NCBI RefSeq assembly: GCF_006345805.1
Contig: NC_043014.1
Span: forward strand, 1,364,001 to 1,428,000
DNA: 64,000 nucleotides
From: Octopus sinensis
Lineage: Eukaryota
Reading direction: 5' to 3'
Shown: positions 16,714 through 28,028 of the stretch, one piece after another
How positions within the stretch are numbered: position 1 is the first letter of the stretch
How the letters are laid out: each line of letters starts with the position of its first letter
The notes under the pieces: model-generated
What the model saw: the letters and a program-made list of their open reading frames with translations, nothing else
Databases searched by the model: none
Told to the model about the DNA's origin: nothing
Program-made: the position numbers and the translations under genes

Positions 16714-16900
16714 ATATACATATATGAATACACATATATATATATGTACGTATGTATACATATATATATACAGATATAAATACATACATATATGTATATA
16801 TATATATGTATATGTATGTATGTATATATATATATATATATATACTCTTTTACTCTTTTACTTGTTTCAGCCATCCGGCTGAGGCCATGCTGGGGCACCG

Positions 16901-16945
<45 letters not shown>

Positions 16946-17364
16946 TGTATGTATATATGGATACATATACGTGTGTGATATCAGATTGAAATGTTGAGAA
17001 GTCTTCAAACATAGATATCTGAAAGCATTCCAGAAATGTGTAAGAACCCTTAGGTAAGTAATCTGCTTGCTGCTGTGCCAGAATAAGGACCCCGGGGCAG
17101 CCAGTAAGTAAAAGAAAAGAGGGGATAGGTTATCGTGAGAATGGTATTTGAACCGTATAGCGTTCAAATTACCCAAGATCATGAAACCTGACTCTTTCTA
17201 ACGTTTACTTTACGAGAGAAGCTGTTTCTTTGACAAATCGTCGTTTTTCACCTCTCGAGAGCCTTTCCCAAAATCATAAAGCCATTATGGGCATTTGATC
17301 AATCTTTTCAATATCAAGCTAATCACCATTTACGTAGTGAGTCGATCTATCCACTCAACACCAA

Positions 17365-18004
17365 CACACTGTGTCTGTCCATCCTGTCAACATCAATACA
17401 CTGTGTCTGTCCAATTTGTCAATATCTACACACTGTGTCTGTCCATCCTGTCAACATCTACACACTGTGTCTGTCCATCCTGCCAACATCAATACACTGT
17501 GTCTGTCCAATTTGTCAACATCTACACACTGTGTCTGTCCATCCTGTCAATGTCTACACACTGTGTCTGTCCATCCTGTCAACATCAATACACTGTGTCT
17601 GTCCAATTTGTCAATATCTACACACTGTGTCTGTCCATCCTGTCAACATCTACACACTGTGTCTGTCCATCCTGTCAACATCAACACACTGTGTCTGTCC
17701 ATCCTGTCAACATCAATACACTGTGTCTGTCCATCCTGTCAACATCTACACACTGTGCCTGTCCAATTTGTCAACATCTACACACTGTGTCTGTCCATCT
17801 TGTCAACATCAATACACTGTGTCTGTCCATCCTGTCAACGTCTACACACTGTGTCTGTCCATCTTGTCAACATCTACACACTGTGTCTGTCCATCCTGTC
17901 AACATCAATACACTGTGTCTGTCCATCCTGTCAACGTCTACACACTGTGTCTGTCCAATTTGTCAACATCTACACACTCTGTCTGTCCATCCTGTCAGCA
18001 TCTA
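17365..18004. repeat. 32-bp minisatellite, 20 units
   Basis: Consensus CACACTGTGTCTGTCCATCCTGTCAACATCTA; 640 bp = 20 x 32. Variant units carry CCAATTT or CATCAATA. Confidence 0.95.
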
Positions 18005-19098
18005 TGCATTGTGTCTATTTATCCTACACAACATCTACACATTGTGGTCTATCTCCCCAGTCGCCATTTACACACTTTGTCTATCTACCCAGCTAACATC
18101 TGGTATTAGGGGTAGAATGTTAGTTAGGTGGATGTACCTACTTGAAACTCAAACTCAAATATGCCAAGTAGCTCGTGCGAGCAGTTGCCTAATGGATTAA
18201 CGACGAGTGTCATGTTGCAGTACATATGTCTACACACACACACACACACACACACTCAAACACACACACACACACACAAACTCACATACGCATATACACA
18301 CACAAACACACACACGCACACACAAACACACACACACATATACACACGCACTAACATACACACACACACACACAAACGCACATATGCACGCACGCACAAG
18401 CACGCACGCACAATGCACGCACGCTCACACACACACATACATACATACACACAGGCGTCTATATGCATTCACATATACATTAACACATGGTGTATAAGCT
18501 CACTTATCCCTCAACATATACATACACCTATATATATACACACTTTCATAAACACGCAACACAACATACACATATATTAACATAAACACACATATATATA
18601 TATATGCAGTTACACACATGCACAACACTACACATATACTTTGACACGCGCGAGCACACACATCAGTACACTTACATAGACACACACACACACATTTACA
18701 CATATGTATGTAACACTACACACACACACATACGCACACACACTTTTATATATGTGTATATACTCACATATACAAGCGCATACTCACTCACACACATATA
18801 TACAGAGAGAGAGAGAGACAGCCTGCACACACACTCTACACACATACCAACATACATAGACACACGTGCGCGTGCACACGCGCGCACTTGCACAAAGACA
18901 TACATAATCGCACATACGAACAATCACAAACGTACACATGCATACATACACTTACATACATATGTGTACAACGACACACACTCATATAAGCACGCATACA
19001 ATCACACACGCAGCAGATCGCCTGTTTAAACACAAAACGAAGGCGCCCGAATGCGATCGCTAGTATCTGCTAATAATCCGGCCTACTGAAGGCACAGT

Positions 19099-19410
19099 GG
19101 AGGCACATGGCCTAGTGGTTAGAGCAGCGGACTCCCAGTCGAAGGATCGCCGGTTCGAATCTCAGACCGGGCGATGTGTGTGTTTATGAGCGAAACACCT
19201 AGGTTCCACGCGGCTCCGGCAGAAGGTAATGGCGAACTTCTGCTGACTCATTCGCCACAACTTTCTCTCACTCTTTTCTCCTGCATTTTGCAGCTCACCT
19301 GCGACGGCCCGGCGTCCCCTCCAGGTGGGGGAACTTATACGCCGGCCCTGTGAGCCAGGCGTGGATCGAGAAGGAACAAGCGACAACTGAAGGTACATCG
19401 CCTGAAATTT
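19099..19410 (+). mobile_element. tRNA-derived SINE family C
   Basis: A box TGGCCTAGTGGTTAG and B box GGTTCGAATC, followed by a non-tRNA body shared with 26915-27160. Confidence 0.85.
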
Positions 19411-20059
19411 TTGAGGCGGAGGACTAGTCAATACATCGACCCCTGTACGCAACTGGTACTTAATTTATCGACCCCGAAAGAATGAAAGGCAAAGTCGACC
19501 TCGGCGGAATTTGAACTCAGAATGTAGCGACGAAGTCAGAAATACCGACGAAATGCATGTATACAAGCATACATACATTTATACATATATACATGCATAT
19601 ATGTATGCATAGATACACATGCATTAAATATAATTACATACACAATTATTAAAGCATGAGTCTACATATATACATTAATAATGTCTAGATCTGCTTCTGG
19701 TCTCAATATGAAAACCCGCCCTACGTGTGTGTGTAGGTGGGTGCATTTGTGCGAGTGTAGGAAAACACTCAATGAATACACTCCATTGGTACTTCCAGTT
19801 TCTCTCGCGACGTATAAAAATATGATCCTGGAGACAATATTGTGAAAGTCGTTGAAAGACGATATCATGTCCTGGTGCGAATCTGGGGAATTGTCTTACT
19901 GCTTGAGGATGATCACGGAGTTTGCAAAATCATGACGGTTGAACTACTGTATGCAGTAGAGGAGGATGACCTGGAATTGAACCTTGAAGGCCGACCTTGG
20001 TATCGAACCTTGAAGGCCGACTTTTTTAGGGTTGATTTTTATGGATTGTAACGAAGAGC

Positions 20060-20610
20060 ATCCGCCTCAGGTAACAGTTGGATTATAATCGAACATTTCC
20101 TTGACTGATCTGCAGTTAAGGAAATGTCACCGGCGACTTCAGGATGTAGAACATTTTTTTAGACATATTCTCCTTTTCTATGCCCCGTTAAAGTATAGGC
20201 TTACCCCCAATAACAACGTTCCATTTTTATTGTAGGGACTTTCGTTTCCTGGTCCCTTAATTTGGACACAGACAAAACTTTCACCATTTTTTGACCTGAA
20301 TGAGTAGGAATGTTGAAGGAAGTGGACCTTGAAAGTGTTCTTTGTTAAACACACATAATTTTTTTCAATACAATTGGCAGGTGTTATGATTGCTTGCTAT
20401 ACGGCCTTTTTATAGAAGCAGGATTCCCTGAGTGGACATACTGTTTCCACAACGAGAGGTTTGCCAGAATGGAAGACTCACGTGTAGAATATTTTGTGGA
20501 TGTAACACATGAACTTGAAAGCAATGTCGCCCATACACGAATAGCTGACCTTCACGTTGTGTGAGTTGAAGAGCTTATGGTATTTATGTGTAGGTGGTAA
20601 ATCATGTACT
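20060..20610 (-). mobile_element. Degenerate Penelope-like element GIY-YIG endonuclease region
   Basis: Minus-strand pieces HKLFNSHNVKVSYSCMGDI, CPLRESCFYKKAV*QAIIT, YVCLTKNTFKVHFLQHSYSFRSK and IKWNVV follow the PLE order FNRNxVKVSYSCMPN...CPLxGxC..VYQA...YIGxTExxFKxRxxxHxxSF...IxWxI. Confidence 0.7.
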
Positions 20611-20908
20611 ATTATTGTTGAGAAAATTCCAGGCTAAGATCGCCGTAGTTCCTATATTATCTGCAGAATTAAACTAGATTAGTTTTCTCTTCCTGTTTCC
20701 ACTCTGGTATGTGAGGTGGGCGGAGTTTTATCCCTATAAACTAATTTTTCACTGAAGCCACCCTAAGGATAACAACAACAACAACAATGATAATAATAAG
20801 TAGATATATGAATACTAGATATCACCGATTGAGGACTTAAAGGTTCTATTGCACATACATAATTTTACCTATACATACATATATACATGCATATATATAT
20901 ATATATAT

Positions 20909-20940
<32 letters not shown>

Positions 20941-21835
20941 ATATATATGTAAGCAAATATATGCATATTTAAGTAAATATATGTATACATTTATATATAT
21001 ACATTTACATATATATATATATATATATGTAAATGTATATATATATATGTATGTGTGTATATATACATATATATACACACACACACATTGACATGCACAC
21101 ATAGTATAAATCTGGTCAGGCAAAATGTAACGCACAACGTCTGTTATACATACGTGCAGGTATACAGGCATGTATCTGTTGTGTTCGTGTGCCTACATAT
21201 TTGTGTGTGTGTGTGCGTGCGTGTATGTGTGTTTGAGTGTGTGCGCGCATGTGTGTATACATACAAATGTCTACGCTCACATAAACACCCAATCAGACAT
21301 AGATATTGACAAGTAAAACTCAACACGTGTACCTTAACACACACACACATACATACACACACACATATACACGCACATACACACATACATACACATATGC
21401 ACTTACATGCATACACACACACACACACACATATGTATGCCACACACATGTATATGTGGTGTTGTTGTAGTTGACGTCACCATAAATACACACACACACA
21501 CACATATGTGTGCGTGTCTGTGTGCGTGTATGTGTGTGTGTGTATGTGTCTGTGTGCGTGTATATGTAAGTGTGTGTGCGCATGTGCATACATACAAATG
21601 TATACACTCACACAAACACACATTCAAACAGATACAGGTATTGGCATGTAAAATTCAATACTTGTACCTTTACACACACACACACACACACGGGCGCGCA
21701 CTCGCACAGGGGCACGCATACACATACACACACAGCGTAAAGTATGTACTCAATTATGAATGCAAGATTACACCTTTCCACCTCAGTGCACACCTGCAAA
21801 ACACATCTTAAAGGGATGCGCTGCACAGAAGGGGT

Positions 21836-22121
21836 AACAACAACAACAGCAACTACCACCACCACCACCACCACCACTACTACTACTACCACCACTACTA
21901 CCACCACCACCACCATCACCACTACTACTACTACCACCACCACTACTACCACTACTACTACTACCACTACTACTACTACTACTATCACCACAACTACTAC
22001 TACTACTACCACCACCACCACCACTACTACCACCACCACTACTACTACTACCACCACCACTACTACCACTACTACTACTACCACCACCACCACCACCACC
22101 ACTACTACCACTACTACCACC

Positions 22122-22152
<31 letters not shown>
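21836..22152. repeat. Mixed (ACC)n/(ACT)n trinucleotide array
   Basis: Directly visible; source of the poly-T/V/S-G ORFs. Confidence 0.95.
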
Positions 22153-22153
<1 letters not shown>

Positions 22154-22659
22154 GATACTTGTACAATAACAATTACTGCTGTTACAGCAACAACTACTAC
22201 TACTATTAATAATAATAACAATAATAATAATAATACACACATGACTAACAACATCAACAACTATTCTACGAGTATCTACAACTGTAACAACAATAACAAC
22301 AGCTTCTACTACTACTGCTACTACTACTACTACTACTAGCACGACTGTAAGAATAGTTAGAGCAACATTTCCAACGACGGCGGGTAGAAAATGTTTCTGG
22401 CTACAACGGTACCGGGTACTGTAACTGCAACAACAACAGCAATAACACAGCTATTACCACGTTAGCTGCTGCAACAGTAACAATTACAACGCAACCAACA
22501 ACACCCAAAGCACCATCAGGTACAACAACAAGATCTACCACAACAACAACAACAACGACCCATCTAAGGAAACTAAAGTCTCTTTAGCAAAACAAGGAAA
22601 TCTACAAGACTACCTTTACTTGGTCCCTGCTACGGTTTTATGCATATTGGTCCTTAATT

Positions 22660-22708
<49 letters not shown>

Positions 22709-23213
22709 GGTGGTGGCGGTGGTAGAGTGCCGGACGAAATGGCGTTGATGACTTTAGTTACGTCCCTTGGTGTTCCGAACTCCGGCAAAAGTTAGTGTTT
22801 CCTATTCATCCTTTCCATGTGCACACGTACTCATACACACACACAACACACAATACACACACACACACACCACACACACGTGCATACATACACTCAACAC
22901 GCACTTCCGCATGCTAACGCATACACATGCATAAGAATTCATACACATTTACACACTTTAAACATTTTAAAATTACTCCCACAAAATGGCCACCCCACAC
23001 AATTATTGTAAATGGGAAAAACACTACAATGAGACAAAAAAATACATTCAAAATACAAAAACACACAACGAAATAGACGTAAAAAAAGAAGAAAGATGAA
23101 GAATTAATATAAGAAAATGTTCAAAGTTTTCAAATAACTTGAAAGACAGCAGCAGTAACAACAACACCAATAGCCGTAGTCTATTACGATTTCCAATATT
23201 GTGGTCTGTTGAA

Positions 23214-23609
23214 GGCGGCGAGCTGGCAGAATCGTTAGCACGCCGGGCGAAATGCTTTGCAGTATTTCGTCTGTCTTTATGCTCTGAGTTCAAATTCTGC
23301 CGAGGTCGACTTTGCCTTTCATCCTTTCGGGGTCGATAAATTAAGTACTAGTTACGAACTGGGGTCGATGTAATCGACTTAATACCTATGTCTGTCCTTG
23401 TTTGTTCCCTCTGTGTTTAGCCCCTTGTGGGTAATAAAGAAATATGTATTTCGTCTGCCACTACGTTCTGAGTTCAAATGCCGCCGAGGTCGACTTTGCC
23501 TTTCATCCCATCGGGGTCGATAAATTAAGTGCCAGTTGCGTACTGGGGTCGATTTAGTCGACTGGGCCCCTCCCCAAAAATTTCGGGTCTTGTGCCTAGA
23601 GTAGAAAAG
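23214..23609 (+). mobile_element. Composite SINE family B with a duplicated 3' half and a 19-bp TSD
   Basis: TSD AATATTG(T/C)GGTCTGTTGAA at 23195-23213 and 23610-23628. Internal restart at TATTTCGTCTG (~23446). Confidence 0.9.
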
Positions 23610-24650
23610 AATATTGCGGTCTGTTGAAATAGCAGATACGCGAAGACAAAACTTGCTTCAACGCTAAATAAACATAAAATCTTTGTGACATATCACAGGT
23701 AGAAAAGAAAACTGTATTTTGTAAAAGAGACCAAAGAAGGGAGAATTTTGTAAAACAGATCAGTGTTTGCTACAGGAATCAATCCGAGAGAGAAAGGAAA
23801 AACGGAGAAATCATATATTTTTCTGCTTACAAAAAGATTAAGTCTTTGGCACTATTTGCTGGACTTTTAAAACTGAAAATGCGTCCAAAACATCAGCTGC
23901 AATTGTCAGGTATACCTCTGACTATGCATAGATGTCCCGGATTATGGATTAAAGGTTCAACGTAAATCAACGGAAACAGGCGAGGGGAAAGAATTCCTTT
24001 TAAATGACAGCGAAATCTTTCCTCGGGAAAATAACGAAGAAAATCAAGAGAACGAAGGTGAACTATGATTCACCGTTCTTTGAAAATCACCCAAAACAGT
24101 CAACAAACAAACATTACGCTTCTCTGGTGCCACGAACTTTCCCCAAAAAGTTACAATGACACACAAAAAAAGGTAATTAAGTTCAGAATATAAACAACAT
24201 GCAAAAGAGATTACGAGTAAAGTTTAAATTAAGACATTATAACGGATTTAAAAGAGAATACCTTTAAGGTGTTGGTATTTTCAACATCAAATGTCCCCAA
24301 AAATGCGTACTGGTGCATTCGCTTGCACCCGAACACTATTTGAGAAATAGTTAAGTGAATGGAACCGCGAAGTGTCCTAACTTATATTAGCCAGAAAAAT
24401 GTTCATGCTTTATTTCTTTAAAATGTAGCTTTTTAAAATTATTGTTTTATTATAATTGTATTTATTTTCGTGCAACTCTGCTTGGCGGTATTTCGTCTGA
24501 CTTTACGTTCTAAGTTCAAATTCCGCCGATGTCGACGTTTGCCTTTTCATCCTTTCAAAGTCGTTAAACTAAGTACTAGTTGTGCACTGGGTCAATATAA
24601 TCAACTAGCTTCTCCCGCAAATTTCAAACTTTTTGCTTATAGTAGAAAGG

Positions 24651-24688
<38 letters not shown>

Positions 24689-25967
24689 GCACTGGGGTCA
24701 ATGATTCCGACTTAATCTGTTTGTCTGTCCTCTCTGTGTTTAGCCCCTTGTGGGTAGTAAAGAAATAGGTATTTCGTCTGTCTTTACGTTCTGAGTTCAA
24801 ATTCTTTGTCTTTCATCCCTCTGGGGTCGATAAATTAAGCATCTTCACGTCGATAAATTAAGCCCTTCACGTCCGTATCGTGTGTATTTTATTGTTGAAG
24901 TAACCATGAGCCGGGGGGAGAGGGTCATTCTTTCCCGGGTTCGTTAAAGGACCTGAGCCCATTTAATTTGGAAAAAATATAATAATTTTTAAAATTTAAT
25001 AAAATTTTCTAACAGAGTTTGTGACAAAGAAAAACGAAAAGTAAAAGAAAAATAAGGATAAGGAGAAAGAAGGAGAAAGAAGGAGGAGGAGGAGCCCTTC
25101 CTTTGTTTCGTTATTACAAACATAGGGTTTGTCGCTTTAATTCAAATTCTGGGAAGGGCGAGGGTGAAAACAGCGGCAAAATAAACAGCGCCACCATCGT
25201 CGCAACAGCAACAACAACAGCAGCAACAATGCGTCCAGCTGCAAGTGTAACATCTTCACTACGCCGCAATCACCATTAGTAACATCTTCAGATGCATGCT
25301 AATGTAACGGTTTAAACGACTGCCAGACTCATCGCCTAGCAGCGCCCCCATCATCACATCCCACCCCGCCCTTCATCAAAAGCAGGTTTTTGCTACATCA
25401 GTGTGCACGACCGTGACCATCACCATCAACAAGGCAACGTCAGTCGCCAAACTCTCACGCAGGGGCGGGTGGAGCATTCGTTTTCAAATAATGATCCTTT
25501 CAGCTAAAAGCACAAAAGTTACATATTACGACTTGACTTGTTCGCTCTGTTAACAGAACAACAAAAAAAAGGAATAAAGAATTATCATTATCATGTGCAT
25601 GAACAGAGAAAATAAGAGGGAAAAAGTGGTGGGTTACCCTGGGCCCTCAACTCCTGGTGGTGTTGCAAAGAGTAATGTCATCACATATGGAGTGTATCGG
25701 GCATTTTTAAACTTGGCGGAGCCCGTTTCTTTTCAAATGTAACCACAATCGACTTCTTCCAGAAACTTCTAGTTTGGGCCAGATCTTCCGGTGAAGAGAG
25801 AGAGAGAGAGAGGGAGGGGAGGGGGAGAGAGAAAAAAATCGACTACAGCACAGGACTGCGCGAAGAACTCAGGTAAAGAGGAAGACAGACAGGAAGGAAG
25901 GAAGGTCAAGTAAAGGGTTACAGTTTCGTTTCTCGTTGTGTTCTACGTTTATTTGTGGTGTCCTGTA

Positions 25968-26025
<58 letters not shown>

Positions 26026-26787
26026 GCATGTATATATACATATAGATGTAGGTACGTACATATATGTATGTATGTATGCATATATTTTATTTATTAAATT
26101 ATTATATGACCGAGCGCCCTCGCGTCGTTTCGTTTCTTTTCTCCAAGTAAGTTTTTATATAGAATTATGACGCGAACTCTGTGACCTTTTGCTTGACCTT
26201 TCCTTCCTTCCTGTCTGTCTTCCTCTATACCTGTCTCTCTCCTTTTTTTCACCCTTTCTGGTTTCCTTTCCTCTCTATCTCTCTCTCTCTCACACTCCTC
26301 CTCATCTCTCTCACTGCTGAGTCGACTACCAACTTCCTTTTGCTCGCAGCTTTCTACAAGTCAACACCGACTATTTCTTGCGCTCCGAATTTTTCCATCG
26401 TCTAGGCTTAACCCCCCCCCCCTCAATGTTGGTTTCATTGTCCTGTTTTTATTCTTTAAGTGTACTGTATTTTTATTTGTATTGCTTTTACGTCCTGTTC
26501 TTGTCACATTTTTTTTCTTTCCTTATTTTACCCCTCTGCAAAAGAATTTTATTTAATTCTTTTGCAGGAAGGATTGCTTCGACCGGATCGTGTTTTGTCC
26601 TTACCTTCGAAACACGCATTGAGTCGAACCAGGGACAGCTGATGAAGGGGAATATTCCTTGTATTGTTTGTCTTGTACTTGTTTTTTCGTTGTTAAAAAA
26701 AAGTCCGTTTCCTAGTTTGTTTTTATGTTTTCGTTTCTCGTTGTGTTGTACGTTTATTTGTGGAGTCCTGTACTCATATATATATAA

Positions 26788-26828
<41 letters not shown>

Positions 26829-26914
26829 GCATGTATATATACATATAGATGTAGGTACGTACATATATGTATGTATGTATGCATATATTTTATATATATA
26901 TATATATATACGTG

Positions 26915-27295
26915 TGTGAAGGCACATGGCCTAGAGTTTAGGGCAACAGACTCGCGGGTTCGAATCTTAGACCAGGCGATGCGTGTGTTTATGAGTGAAA
27001 CACCTAAGCTCCACGCGGCTCTGGCAGAAGGTAATGGCGAACTTCTGCTGACTCTTTCGCCATAACTTTCTCTCACTCTTTCCTCTTGCATCTTGCAGCT
27101 CACCTGAGACGGACCGGCGTCCCGTCCTGGTGAGGAACCTATACGCCAATAAAACCGGGTTCAGCAAAAGAGACTGATAGAATAAGTACTAGGCTTAGAA
27201 AGGATAAGTCCTGGGGTCGATTTGCTCGACTAAAGGCGATGCTCCAGCATGGCCGCAGTCAAATGACTGAAACAAGTAAAAGAATAAAAGAATAT
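26915..27295 (+). mobile_element. SINE family C head/body fused to a family A 3' tail
   Basis: 26915-27160 matches the 19099 copy. 27161-27295 matches the family A tail (CAGCAAAAGAGAC...GCTCCAGCATGGCCGCAGTCAAATGACTGAAACAAGTAAAAG). Confidence 0.75.
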
Positions 27296-28028
27296 AAAAA
27301 CACAGATACGTAAATACATATACCATCATCGCTGCCGCCACCTCCAGCTCTGATTACCTGCCATCACAATCACTATCACCATCCCATCCCCCTAATCACC
27401 ACCACCACCATCTCCACACCTCCCTATGTTCCTACCAGTTCTCAGTTCTGAGACCAATTCTCCACTCTAAATAGCTTCAACACATACACACACACACACA
27501 CGCGTTGCAGAATTTCTCTAAAGGCTATGCATGATGGTTCCTACAAGAGCGTCTACCTTCAGTTTTGCTGGTGTATGTAATTTATACACACGTGTGTGCT
27601 TATATACACATGTATGTAGACAAATAAACAGAAACAGGCGCACACACACAAACAGAGACAGACAAACATATACCCGTGCGATATTATGTTGCTCCTGTCT
27701 GAACATAAACCCGTTAAATCATTGTTGAAGGTTGTGTTTTTTTTTTTAAAGTCACAACCTTAACATAAGGGTACAGCTACCCAACCAACATGAAACAGCA
27801 TAGCAGGGAACCCTAATACATAAACACAAAGGTATATGATACAAAATATACTGACGATAATAGGAATAAATGGGGACTTTTTAGGGGTCTTCAATAAATG
27901 TGAATATCTACATTTGCTAAAATAAGGGTTGTATTTTCTGATTCAAGATGGACCCAAGATGGAATAAAATTTCCAGCTTTTTGCTGGTTTATAGATCACA
28001 GTATAAGGAAAATCAGTGGTAATATATA

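Noticed and set aside
17295-18200. 301-aa Cys/His-rich ORF resembling zinc fingers; array resembling CRISPR
   Set aside because: It is a pure 32-bp tandem repeat with no unique spacers, no C2H2 spacing and no splice context.
19099-19175. tRNA-like sequence (also at 26915, 37635 and 58130)
   Set aside because: A and B boxes are present, but the sequence runs into a shared SINE body and I see no intact acceptor stem; these are SINE heads, not tRNA genes.
22380-22590. Thr-rich mucin-like reading frame
   Set aside because: It has no start or splice support and is continuous with degenerate ACA/ACT repeats.
23930-24068. Possible acidic terminal exon on plus (DVPDYGLKVQRKSTETGEGKEFLL...EGEL*)
   Set aside because: The acceptor is weak, there is no partner exon, and I recognise no homology.
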